64,000 nt of DNA from Candidatus Woesearchaeota archaeon (GTDB taxonomy: Archaea; Nanobdellota; Nanobdellia; SCGC-AAA011-G17; GW2011-AR18). The stretch lies in contig JAGVZM010000001.1 in NCBI GenBank assembly GCA_018302545.1, forward strand, positions 79,033-143,032. Reading direction: 5' to 3'. Below, in pieces: positions 1 through 8,743 of the stretch (positions are counted from its first letter, which is position 1; the number at the start of each line of letters is the position of its first letter). A program made the translations under genes and the position numbers. The notes beneath the pieces are model-generated. The model was not told the origin of the DNA. It did no database searches and worked only from the letters and a program-made list of their open reading frames with translations.

Positions 1-311
1 CACTCTCTACAAGTGCATCTTAAAAAGTTAACAATAATATCAGCATATTTTAAATGAACAACAGGCCTAGCTAATTCTAAATAACCAAAGTGGCCCATAC
101 AATCTCTTAAATTACCACCGCAAGTTTTACATCTTAAACCAGGATCTATTACACCTAACCTAACATCCATCAAACCGCCATCTACAGGATAACCTTCTCT
201 ATCATATAATTCAGGAGTTACAACTTTAACAGAAGACATTTTCTTAATTAAGTCAGGACCTAACATACCAAATACAATCCCGCTTATCTTTTTGAAAACA
301 TTATGCTCCAT
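1..311 (-). CDS. rpoA1: RNA polymerase subunit A' (N-terminal part; gene continues beyond window start)
   Basis: Reverse-complement translation from ATG at 311-309 gives MEHNVFKKISGIVFGMLGPD...GGLMDVRLGVIDPGLRCKTCGGNLRDCMGHFGYLELARPVVH, the conserved RpoA' N-terminal zinc-finger/clamp region. Position after rpoB matches the canonical rpoH-B-A1 order. Confidence 0.85.
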   Translation of the reverse strand, partial: MEHNVFKKISGIVFGMLGPDLIKKMSSVKVVTPELYDREGYPVDGGLMDVRLGVIDPGLRCKTCGGNLRDCMGHFGYLELARPVVHLKYADIIVNFLRCTCRE

Positions 312-834
312 CGTAAATCACTACTCCTCTCTCAATTTTTAACCTTCCTGAAGAAAATAAATCATCCTCAACACATCTTAAGTTTCTTAAAGATCTTAAA
401 TGGTTTCTTAATCTATCTTCATGTTCTCTAGCTAAAGCAACAGAAGATCCCCAACATTTAATGTTAGCTCCTCTAACAAGATCATAAAGCTTATCATTAT
501 CTAATTCAACAAGCCTTGAAATAGTACTTGCCATACCATAAACTTGTGAAACAGGATAAGATACTTGTTTTTGTTCTAAACTTCCAACATTAGGTATTAC
601 AAAATCTACAACAGGACCAACAAATAGTTTATAATGATTAACATCTCCTCTTTTAAGACTTCTTAATTCTAATTGTATACCTATGCCATCTCTCGTTGCA
701 ACATATTCAAATCCCCCACCTGCAACATTTCGATGACTAGCACCTTCTATTAAATTTCCTCTTTCAGATCCAGAGCTTCTTTCAATTCTTCTAGGTTCTT
801 CAAGACTAGAATTACCAAAACCTAAAACTGTCAT
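301..834 (-). CDS. hypothetical 177-aa protein inserted between rpoB' and rpoA', R/G/S-rich N-terminus
   Basis: Long ORF in a stop-rich AT-rich genome. Its ATG overlaps the rpoB' stop (TAATG) and its TAA overlaps the rpoA' ATG (ATGGAGCATAA), suggesting translational coupling. No recognisable motif. Confidence 0.5.
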   Translation of the reverse strand: MTVLGFGNSSLEEPRRIERSSGSERGNLIEGASHRNVAGGGFEYVATRDGIGIQLELRSLKRGDVNHYKLFVGPVVDFVIPNVGSLEQKQVSYPVSQVYGMASTISRLVELDNDKLYDLVRGANIKCWGSSVALAREHEDRLRNHLRSLRNLRCVEDDLFSSGRLKIERGVVIYDGA

Positions 835-2645
835 TAATATTTCCTCCCTAATTCTAATTTTGGATAAACTCCTAAAGATTTAAGTTCATCTAATAATAAT
901 TTAAATGCATAACTCATTTCAACAACTGAAATTTTAACATTAGCACCACATTTAGTACAATACTCATTATGCTTAAAGTTATCATAGATCCCTAACATAC
1001 CGCAATTCTCACAGACAAATACATTAGTCTTATCTGAATCAAATCTTTCTTTCAAAAGTAAACTAGCACCATGTGCAACAAAGCAATCTTTCTCCATCTC
1101 TCCAATTCTTAGTCCACCACCTTGTGATCTACCCTCTATAGGCTGTCTTGTCAATAATTGAATCTTACCAGTAGCCCTTGAATGTAGTTTACCAGCAACC
1201 ATATACTTAAGTTTCAAGTAATACATATCTCCAATATAAATCTTAGCCTTAAATTGCTGTCCACTAATACCATTATACATAGTCTCTAAACCACTTTCTC
1301 TAAATCCTAATTCTTTTAGCATCTTTCTTAATTCCTTTTCAGGCATTACATCAAAACTAGTTCCATCAATATATTTTCCAGTTAAACTTCCAACTTTACC
1401 AGCTATTATTTCTATTAAATGAGAAATTGTCATTCTTGAAGGAATACCATGTGGATTAAATAAAACATCTGGAACAATACCACTAACTGTGAAAGGCATA
1501 TCTGCCAAAGGAACTAAATAACTAATAACTCCCTTCTGTCCATGTCTAGAAGCAAATTTATCTCCCACTTCTGGAATTCTTTGCTGTCTCAATCTCATTT
1601 GAACTAATCTATTACCTTCTTCACTCTCAGTAATAAGAGACATATCAACAATTCCATTATCTTTATGAGATAAGGCAATTGAACTCTCTCTTTTAACATT
1701 AGTTGCAATATTAAATTCTTCAAATTCTCCTAAAAACCTAGGCGGACTAACTCTTCCTATTACAACATCATCGCCCTTAACTTTTGCACCAGTATAAACA
1801 ACCCCATCTTCTTCTAATAACCTATAATCCTTTTCACTTCTATACCCTTTTACTTCTTTATCAGGAATACAAACCTCATCAACTAAACCGCCTTGGTATC
1901 TTAACTCTTCAGCATTAAATGGTTTAAAGTATGTAGATCTCGCAAATCCTCTATCAACAGAAGCCTTGCTAACTATTAAAGCATCTTCCATATTATAACC
2001 TTCAAAACTCATCAAAGCTATAACTACATTTTGTCCAGAAGGATGTTTTTCCCAACCATAGATATCATGCATAAATGTTTTAGTTATAGGTTTTTGTGGA
2101 TAATGCAAAACATTAACATCTGTATCCATTCTTAACAGATAATTACTAGCATATAATCCCAAAGACTGTTTCTGGATTTTACTACCCCTAATTAATCTCG
2201 AACTACTTCCAAAATTTGAATATGGAATTAATGAGGTACATAATCCTAATATTACAACAGGAGAAATCTCAAGATGTGTATGTTCTTTAGTAAGATCTTT
2301 CTCATCTAAAGCAACATAACAATTTTCTTCTTCAGCAGCATCAATATATTCTATAACTCCCTCTTTAACTAACTTATCCCATTTTAAAGTTCCATTCTTA
2401 GCTTCTTCTATATAATTATCTGTTAATTTTGATTTTCCATTTTCAACAACTATTAAAGGTCTCCTAGTCCTACCTCTGGTAATATCTAGATATACCTCAT
2501 TATAATCTTCATCCCAATAAAAATTCAATTCATAGTTTAGAACACCTTTTCTTCTCTCACTTCTAATTTGTTTAATAAACTCTTTAGCATTATCCACAGT
2601 TCCTATAAAATTTTCATTTAAAAATACATCTGTCATTTTATGCAA
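834..2645 (-). CDS. rpoB1: RNA polymerase subunit B' (C-terminal half of split RpoB)
   Basis: 603 aa. Contains the RpoB C-terminal signature GEMEKDCFVAHGASLLLKERF and zinc ribbon CENCG...CTKCG. Overlaps rpoB'' by 8 nt. Confidence 0.95.
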   Translation of the reverse strand: MHKMTDVFLNENFIGTVDNAKEFIKQIRSERRKGVLNYELNFYWDEDYNEVYLDITRGRTRRPLIVVENGKSKLTDNYIEEAKNGTLKWDKLVKEGVIEYIDAAEEENCYVALDEKDLTKEHTHLEISPVVILGLCTSLIPYSNFGSSSRLIRGSKIQKQSLGLYASNYLLRMDTDVNVLHYPQKPITKTFMHDIYGWEKHPSGQNVVIALMSFEGYNMEDALIVSKASVDRGFARSTYFKPFNAEELRYQGGLVDEVCIPDKEVKGYRSEKDYRLLEEDGVVYTGAKVKGDDVVIGRVSPPRFLGEFEEFNIATNVKRESSIALSHKDNGIVDMSLITESEEGNRLVQMRLRQQRIPEVGDKFASRHGQKGVISYLVPLADMPFTVSGIVPDVLFNPHGIPSRMTISHLIEIIAGKVGSLTGKYIDGTSFDVMPEKELRKMLKELGFRESGLETMYNGISGQQFKAKIYIGDMYYLKLKYMVAGKLHSRATGKIQLLTRQPIEGRSQGGGLRIGEMEKDCFVAHGASLLLKERFDSDKTNVFVCENCGMLGIYDNFKHNEYCTKCGANVKISVVEMSYAFKLLLDELKSLGVYPKLELGRKY

Positions 2646-4128
2646 CCACCTTTAAACCTAAGCTTTCTAAACCTTTCTTCAATTTATCTTCTTGAACATT
2701 TCCTCTTGAAACATTAGCTAAAATAGCAAAATTCTTTCTTAATCCAATTGGAGTTCCCTCTGGAGTTTCAACTGGACACAATCTTCCCCAATGAGTAGGA
2801 TGTAAGGCCCTAGCCTCAAAGTTTTCTTGAGTACTAGTCAACAATGAAGCAATCCTTTGTAAATGTGAATAAGTAGCTAAAGTATTAGACCTATCTATAT
2901 TCTGGCTAATACCCTTTCTGCCTCCAGTCCAAGTTCCAGTAGCTAAAGAGCTTTTAATGCTAGAACTTAATAACTCGTCTCTGATTATGATCTTAATACT
3001 CTGGAATTTTCCTCTTTTAACTAATCTCTGGAAGTTATATAGTATATCTTGAACTAAACTTCTTAGATTACTTCTCATCAAATCTTCTAATAAATCTCCA
3101 CTTAATTTTAATCTTTTATTCATATAATGATCTTTGTCTGGGAGAGGTAAACCTTCTTCGCTAACTTGTAAAAATCTCTTTATCATTTTACATATGTTGT
3201 ATGCTTTAATCATTCTTTGTTCTGGATTTGTTCCTAAATGAGGCAATAAGTATTTATCCAACTGTTCTCTAGCCCTTTCTAATTTAATCTCTCTTGTCTG
3301 AGCAACACCAATTTTCTTTGCTAGATATTCTAAAGCATCTTCTTCTGTTTTTAATTCTGCAGCATCATAAAGATTAATAAAAATAGAATCATAAGTTTTA
3401 TCTGGAGAGATCATCTTAACTATATCTTGATCTTTAATCATACCCAAACCCTTTAAGACTGGAACTAAAGGAATTCTCCTAAATCTTGTAAAAGTTAAAT
3501 AAAATATGCCATCTTTCATCTGTTCTACTGTATGTGGAATTCTATAACTTCCCATTTCAGAGAAAACCTTAGCAACATACTCACTAGGCCCAATATCCTT
3601 TTTTTCAATAAAGAACCTATTAGAAGCTAAATCTTCAACATTAATCATAACCCTCTCATTTCCATTAACAATAAAGTAACCACCGACTTCATCAGGATCT
3701 TCTCCCTTAGCAATTAATTCATCCCTCTTCAAACCATGTAAATGACAATATTTAGATTTTAACATAATAGGAAGTTTACCTATCATAGTAACAAAACTCT
3801 CTCTTTGTACCTCATCTACATATGCACTAACTTCTAAATATATTGGAGCAGAATAAGTTAAAGCTCTTAATCTAGCTTCACTAGGGTAAATCTCTCTTTT
3901 GCTTCCATCAGCTTCTATTATGTTTGGTTTTTCAATCCAAATCTTTTTTAATTTTATAACAAAACTCTCTACTTCTTGTGGAATAATTGTAGGATTTATA
4001 TCTCCAACTTCATCAACTAGAAGTTGTAACCTTCTTTCAATAAAATCATTAAAACTATTTATATTTGCATCTACAAAAGGATAATCCTTGAAATATGTTT
4101 TAATTAGATCTTTATAACCTTCAATCAT
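2638..4128 (-). CDS. rpoB2: RNA polymerase subunit B'' (N-terminal half of split RpoB)
   Basis: 496 aa ending ...WGRLCPVETPEGTPIGLRKNFA, conserved in the RpoB N-terminal region. Immediately downstream of rpoH. Confidence 0.95.
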   Translation of the reverse strand: MIEGYKDLIKTYFKDYPFVDANINSFNDFIERRLQLLVDEVGDINPTIIPQEVESFVIKLKKIWIEKPNIIEADGSKREIYPSEARLRALTYSAPIYLEVSAYVDEVQRESFVTMIGKLPIMLKSKYCHLHGLKRDELIAKGEDPDEVGGYFIVNGNERVMINVEDLASNRFFIEKKDIGPSEYVAKVFSEMGSYRIPHTVEQMKDGIFYLTFTRFRRIPLVPVLKGLGMIKDQDIVKMISPDKTYDSIFINLYDAAELKTEEDALEYLAKKIGVAQTREIKLERAREQLDKYLLPHLGTNPEQRMIKAYNICKMIKRFLQVSEEGLPLPDKDHYMNKRLKLSGDLLEDLMRSNLRSLVQDILYNFQRLVKRGKFQSIKIIIRDELLSSSIKSSLATGTWTGGRKGISQNIDRSNTLATYSHLQRIASLLTSTQENFEARALHPTHWGRLCPVETPEGTPIGLRKNFAILANVSRGNVQEDKLKKGLESLGLKVVA

Positions 4129-4363
4129 TTACAACCACCCTATAATAATCTGATTCTTTTGTAATATCACTCTTTCTTTTAATTAAAATAAGATCATTAA
4201 CTTTAACGTTTATTGTTTTAAGAGCAGGATCACTAATCTTTATTCTTGGCAATTGTTTTACAGAAACTTTCAATTTATCTAAGAGTTCTTTTTTTTGTTC
4301 TTCACTCAATTTCACATGTTCCGGAACCAAATAGTGTTTTACTACCTTTACCTCATCTGCCAT
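4121..4363 (-). CDS. rpoH: RNA polymerase subunit H (Rpb5 homolog)
   Basis: 80 aa. HYLVPEHVKLSEEQKKELLDKLKV...QLPRIKISDPA...YYRVVV matches the RpoH pattern. First gene of the rpoH-B-A cluster. Confidence 0.9.
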   Translation of the reverse strand: MADEVKVVKHYLVPEHVKLSEEQKKELLDKLKVSVKQLPRIKISDPALKTINVKVNDLILIKRKSDITKESDYYRVVVND

Positions 4364-4392
4364 CTTTTGAATTTGATCTCCTTAATTATATG

Positions 4393-4563
4393 TGGGCCGG
4401 ATGGGAAATACACAAATTAGTATTATACTAAACTTGTTTTGAACCCACGACCACCTGCTTTCCTCAACTTGATTAAAAGGTTCACCAATACAACTCTATT
4501 TTTGTTCAAACTTTTTCTAAAAGTTTGTATTCAGGTGCTCTATCCAAGCTGAGCTACCGGCCC
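4393..4563 (-). tRNA. tRNA with two introns (anticodon-loop intron of about 68 nt and T-loop intron of about 30 nt); identity unresolved, possibly Val/Cys-like
   Basis: Minus strand reads GGGCCGG UA GCUC AGCUUGGAUA GAGC A CCUGA ..[insert].. GCAGG UGGUC GUGGG UUCAAA[insert]U CCCAU CCGGCCC A. Acceptor is 7 bp, D-arm canonical, T-stem GUGGG/CCCAU, discriminator A. Inserts fold into hairpins. Confidence 0.5.
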
Positions 4564-4905
4564 TCTCTTAGCATAATACCCTCTAAAACCTATAAAAACC
4601 ATTGATTTTTATGTATAGCTCAATCTTAGAAGATATCATATTCTTTGACCAACACACCCCATATATAAATCTTCCGATTTCTACTCCTATTTAAAATTTT
4701 ATTTGCTCAAGAAAATAATATTAAAATATAAAATAGACGCATATAATACATATATAGATTATCAAAATAAAAAATTTCGAGATTGTGTTATCAAGAAAAT
4801 TATATCTTAAAAAAGGATTATTTCGATTTTTAACAAAGATCATTTCACCAAACAAATTAATTCATAAAGAATCTATTTAAAATAATCATTAATCTTGGTT
4901 AACAA

Positions 4906-5550
4906 TTATTCCATTAATTTACAAACCTGAAAAGGATAATAATCATATCTTGCAATTCCATTATGTCCTGTTCTTGTAGAAACTCCAAATGTATAAGGGG
5001 GAATTAAATGTCGGGTAGCATAAGCCTTAATTGATCCATCAGGCCTTTTTAAGATGATTTCCGCAGTATCATTTCCAAACACTACTTTCATAAAATACCA
5101 ACCAAGAGTATTACCCCATTCACTCTCCCCATTCCAATAACCAATATTACCACAAGTCGCATAGTTATTACAATTGTAATGATCAATATCACGCATTCTA
5201 ATATCTAAAGGAATACCATTAATAAAGATCCTACTCAATCTGTTTCCCTCTCCAGAATTATAAGAAAATCCATATTGAACTCTTTCACCAGGACGAAAGG
5301 TAGTATTAAGTGTCAAAAGAACACCACTGTTTGAAGTATTAAATTGGGATGTAGAATAAACTCCTCTAGTAGGTTCTACTGAATGATAGGAAAGCATCGG
5401 CCAAGATTCCCAATCTAAAGTTTCATTCCACAAATAGGTATTCAAAGAAGTATTTCTAAAAGAGTCATACAAATTCCAACGGCAATCTACTGCTTCTACA
5501 CTAAAAGGAATAAGCATCAAAAAAAGAAATAAAATTATTAATTTTTTCAT
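4906..5550 (-). CDS. secreted hypothetical protein (signal peptide, W/N/G-rich, possible lectin-like fold)
   Basis: N-terminal MKKLIILFLFLMLIPFSVEA signal peptide. 214 aa with no recognised catalytic motif. Confidence 0.55.
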   Translation of the reverse strand: MKKLIILFLFLMLIPFSVEAVDCRWNLYDSFRNTSLNTYLWNETLDWESWPMLSYHSVEPTRGVYSTSQFNTSNSGVLLTLNTTFRPGERVQYGFSYNSGEGNRLSRIFINGIPLDIRMRDIDHYNCNNYATCGNIGYWNGESEWGNTLGWYFMKVVFGNDTAEIILKRPDGSIKAYATRHLIPPYTFGVSTRTGHNGIARYDYYPFQVCKLME

Positions 5551-5642
5551 AGTATCAATAGGAGCATTTAGATATAAAAGTATTTCTATAAGTATGAGGG
5601 ATATTTATAAAAACAATTTAAGAAATATAATTTAGTAAAATT

Positions 5643-6533
5643 ATGGAAAAGTATATAGAATTAATAAAAGGGGTAATAAAACTTATTCAATCAATCATTA
5701 ATCCTGTTTATCTTTTAGATGATGTTCCTAATAAATACAACCCAAATAAAAAAACAATATTAAAGAACAATATAAAAAAGAAGATTAATAATGAGGAATT
5801 AAATATTGTTTCCTGGAATATTTTAAGAAATTATAATAACAAAAAAATAAAAGAATCCATTTTAAAGATAATTAAGAATGAAAACCCAGATATAATTATA
5901 ATTCAAGAAGCACCAGCATATAATAATAGCAATTTCTGGGACAATAAAATGTTTAAAAATTTTAATATTTATTATGCTCCACTTCATCAAGTAAAAAAAC
6001 AAACTAAATTTTATAATTTTGCACATTCAGGGCAATTAACCTTATCAAGATATAAATTTACAAAAACAAAAACTTATCAGTTGCCATCAGTAGCAAAACA
6101 AACATTAGGAAAAGATCACATAATAAAAAGAATAGTAATTTATACTCAACTAAAATCAAGAAGTAAAACAATAGGAATTTATAATGTTCATCTTGAAAAC
6201 ATCGCATGGCAAGATGGAAGAAGAAAACAAATAAAATATTTATTAGAAATAATAAACAAGAATAAAGACGACATAATTTTAATCGGAGGAGACTTTAATA
6301 CCTTCTTAGGATTTTTAGAAAGGGGAATATCAACCTTAGAAAAAGAAGGATTTGAAAAATTAATGAAAGGATTTAGATATTTCCCTAGGTTAGATCACTT
6401 TTTTGTTAAAGGATGTAAAGCTAAAAAATTATCATTAAAAGGTTCTGGTTCTGATCATCAACCAATAGGCATAGAAATTAAGGTAAAACGCCCTGACCGG
6501 GAGTCGAACCCGGGTCTTGGCCTTTCTTTGTAA
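5643..6533 (+). CDS. endonuclease/exonuclease/phosphatase (EEP, DNase I-like) family protein
   Basis: EEP motifs present: IVSWNI, IIIIQEA, GGDFN, SGSDHQP. The 3' end, about 45 nt, overlaps a tRNA on the opposite strand. Confidence 0.7.
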   Translation: MEKYIELIKGVIKLIQSIINPVYLLDDVPNKYNPNKKTILKNNIKKKINNEELNIVSWNILRNYNNKKIKESILKIIKNENPDIIIIQEAPAYNNSNFWDNKMFKNFNIYYAPLHQVKKQTKFYNFAHSGQLTLSRYKFTKTKTYQLPSVAKQTLGKDHIIKRIVIYTQLKSRSKTIGIYNVHLENIAWQDGRRKQIKYLLEIINKNKDDIILIGGDFNTFLGFLERGISTLEKEGFEKLMKGFRYFPRLDHFFVKGCKAKKLSLKGSGSDHQPIGIEIKVKRPDRESNPGLGLSL

Positions 6534-6611
6534 ACTCAAAAGCTTTTGATTAAACTTTTTCAAAAAGTTTACTCGACAGGGCCAGGTGATAGCCGTTACA
6601 CTACCTTTGCC
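6489..6611 (-). tRNA. tRNA-Asp (anticodon GUC) with anticodon-loop intron of about 50 nt; 5' acceptor strand not canonical, possibly a further intron (5' exon candidate at 6635..6641)
   Basis: Minus strand shows a D-arm GUAGUGUAACGGCUAUCAC. Anticodon stem is UGGCC/GGCCA flanking loop CUGUCG|intron|A. T-arm is CCGGG UUCGACU CCCGG. Acceptor 3' strand UCAGGGC plus G73 is Asp-like. Expected 5' strand GCCCUGA is absent immediately upstream; GCCCUAA lies about 23 nt further. Confidence 0.6.
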
Positions 6612-6704
6612 AAACTAATCAAAAAGATTAAAGTTTAGGGCAGTGTGTAACACACAGAGCGTTAAAAAAAGAATCAAGAGTCTATTTATAAGTTTTTTTG
6701 TTCA

Positions 6705-7262
6705 TCAAGCATGTCCTTCTCTTTTAGGATAATCCTCTCTAACAAACCCAAAATAGGGAACCATAACACCCAGAGCAAAACTCAAAGATTGATTAAGCGC
6801 ATCTAAAGTTGGATCTTTTGGTTTAGGATAATGAAGAGCCCCATGATCAAGAACCCTGCTTCTCAACTTTTCACAAGCACTATCACTATACAAAGCAACT
6901 CTTTTAGTAGGCAAACCTCTCTCTTTTAAGGAAACAATAATATCTATTCCTAAAGGTCCAGGCATATTGTTATCCAATAAGATAAGATCAATATCTCTAA
7001 CATGTTCACCATCAACTAAAATTCTCCTTGCTTTATAACCATCTTCAACAAAAGCTACAGAATAATATTCACTACCTAATCTACCACTAACATGAGTCTC
7101 AACCCCTCCATATATTCTAGATTCGTCCAAAATCTTAAAATCAGTCCCAAACATATCTTCTAAGACTTTACACATTAAAAATCTATTTGGAAGACTATCA
7201 TCTACAATTAGAATTCTATTTATATCCCGATCTAGACTACTATCTTTATTTAAATCTTTCAT
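6705..7262 (-). CDS. single-domain response regulator (CheY-like receiver)
   Basis: ILIVDDS...LILLDNNMPGPLGIDII...KP shows the receiver-domain acidic pocket and phospho-acceptor Asp. Confidence 0.75.
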   Translation of the reverse strand: MKDLNKDSSLDRDINRILIVDDSLPNRFLMCKVLEDMFGTDFKILDESRIYGGVETHVSGRLGSEYYSVAFVEDGYKARRILVDGEHVRDIDLILLDNNMPGPLGIDIIVSLKERGLPTKRVALYSDSACEKLRSRVLDHGALHYPKPKDPTLDALNQSLSFALGVMVPYFGFVREDYPKREGHA

Positions 7263-7332
7263 ACTTACCTCCGGAAACTAAAAATAAAACTTAAGCCTTT
7301 ATAAAACTTTGCATATACTAAAAAATCAAAAC

Positions 7333-7707
7333 TTAAGAAAAACTAGATAAAATTCCTAATAAATCGCCAGGACTAAAAGGTTTATCAATGCATTTAGCAC
7401 CTCTAGCCTCTGCTCTCCTTCTAATACTAGAATCTAGAGTACCGCTACATAGAACAATACCAGAAGGAAGTCTTCCTCTTTCAGAAAATAATTTTTCAAT
7501 AATTGCTATACCCTCAAACTGTTGCCCTTTAAAAATATTATCAAGAACAGCATATTTTGGAGGATCGTTTCCTCTCAAGTAGTTATAAGCTTGTACACAA
7601 TCAGTAGTTATTAACAAATCATACTTATCTTTTAAAATCCTTGTGGCCATCCTTAAAATAGGAGGTTCATCATCAGCATATAATAAAGTAGGTTTTTGTT
7701 CTGTCAT
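7333..7707 (-). CDS. single-domain response regulator (receiver)
   Basis: LLYADDEPPIL...AVLDNIFKGQQFEGIAII...DKPF is the receiver-domain pattern. Confidence 0.75.
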   Translation of the reverse strand: MTEQKPTLLYADDEPPILRMATRILKDKYDLLITTDCVQAYNYLRGNDPPKYAVLDNIFKGQQFEGIAIIEKLFSERGRLPSGIVLCSGTLDSSIRRRAEARGAKCIDKPFSPGDLLGILSSFS

Positions 7708-7749
7708 AATAAAAATTAAAGGATAAAACTTAAAAGCTTAACGAAAAAA

Positions 7750-8040
7750 CTAATCTATAATTCTATGTGTTTCATACATGTATGCTGCATCTTTATTCTG
7801 TTTTTTTAAAGATTTTATAACTTCATTAAATATTTGAGTACTAGTAACTTCTTTTTTAGTATTAATCCATTTCTTTAAATCATTAGCAACAGCATCAGCA
7901 CACTTTTCAGCTTTTTTATGATCCATATGAACATTCAAGCAAGCAGCGTAACTAGAAGCATAAATTTTTCTCTCATCAAAATGTTCTTCATGTCCCTTTC
8001 TTTTAACAATATGTTTTACCAATTTAAACACCTCAACCAA
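7750..8040 (-). CDS. ATP-cone domain protein
   Basis: 96 aa. VKRKGHEEHFDERKIYASSYAA...AYMYETHR resembles the ATP-cone consensus (V.KR.G..E.F...KI...I..A...A..Y..YR). Confidence 0.55.
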   Translation of the reverse strand: MVEVFKLVKHIVKRKGHEEHFDERKIYASSYAACLNVHMDHKKAEKCADAVANDLKKWINTKKEVTSTQIFNEVIKSLKKQNKDAAYMYETHRIID

Positions 8041-8743
8041 AATTTATTGTCCCATTAGCTATTAGCATTAATAACCAACCCATAGCAATCAACAACAATC
8101 CAATAAGTAACCTCATATAAGGTTTATTAGCTTGTTTCCATCTTTTAATATCATGTAACTTTTTACCAAACGCAACCATAAATAAAATTATTATCAAAGG
8201 AGCAACAAATATTATATTATAAAATATTAATAAAAGGAAAGCAGTAAAATCAAAGTATTGGGATAATAAAGTTATAATTGCTAAATATGGTGCACCAGTA
8301 CAGGGTAATTCTACAGCAGCAACAAAAGCACCTAAAAACATTACACCAAAAAAGGTAGCCTTGCTTGTATAATTATGTAATTTCTTAGCAAACACAGAAG
8401 GTATTGTTAAAGAAAACCATCTCCCATACCAAAAATAATCTTTAATTTCTAAAATACCAGCTAAGATAATTAATAACCCTACACCTATAGAGATATATTC
8501 AGTAACAGCTAAAGGTAAAGTTGTAAAGAAATAAGTTAATCCTAAACCAGCCAATAGATAAACTGCAAAAACTGAAAAGATGTATAATCCACCCAACAAC
8601 AATAACCTACTAGTAGATTGTTTCCCAGATAATAAAACAGAGATCATTAATATTAAAACCCCAATAGCACAAGGATTAATTGAATCTATTGCAGCTGTTA
8701 AAAAAACAGTTCCTATTGTAGGTAAAAAAGCTTCAACTGCCAC
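8033..8743 (-). CDS. CcdA/DsbD-family thiol-disulfide transfer membrane protein
   Basis: Polytopic membrane protein with Cys in TM1 (SINPCAIGVL) and a second Cys (ELPCTGAPYL), typical of the CcdA/DsbD transmembrane domain. Confidence 0.7.
   Translation of the reverse strand: MAVEAFLPTIGTVFLTAAIDSINPCAIGVLILMISVLLSGKQSTSRLLLLGGLYIFSVFAVYLLAGLGLTYFFTTLPLAVTEYISIGVGLLIILAGILEIKDYFWYGRWFSLTIPSVFAKKLHNYTSKATFFGVMFLGAFVAAVELPCTGAPYLAIITLLSQYFDFTAFLLLIFYNIIFVAPLIIILFMVAFGKKLHDIKRWKQANKPYMRLLIGLLLIAMGWLLMLIANGTINFG

Noticed and set aside
834-4128. Possible inteins in rpoB or rpoA', which are common in archaea
   Set aside because: RpoB'' (496 aa) and RpoB' (603 aa) are of normal length with contiguous conserved blocks. 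No LAGLIDADG or Hint motifs were seen.
3899-4431. 61-aa plus-strand ORFs overlapping rpoB'' and rpoH
   Set aside because: They are opposite highly conserved RNAP genes. Composition only.
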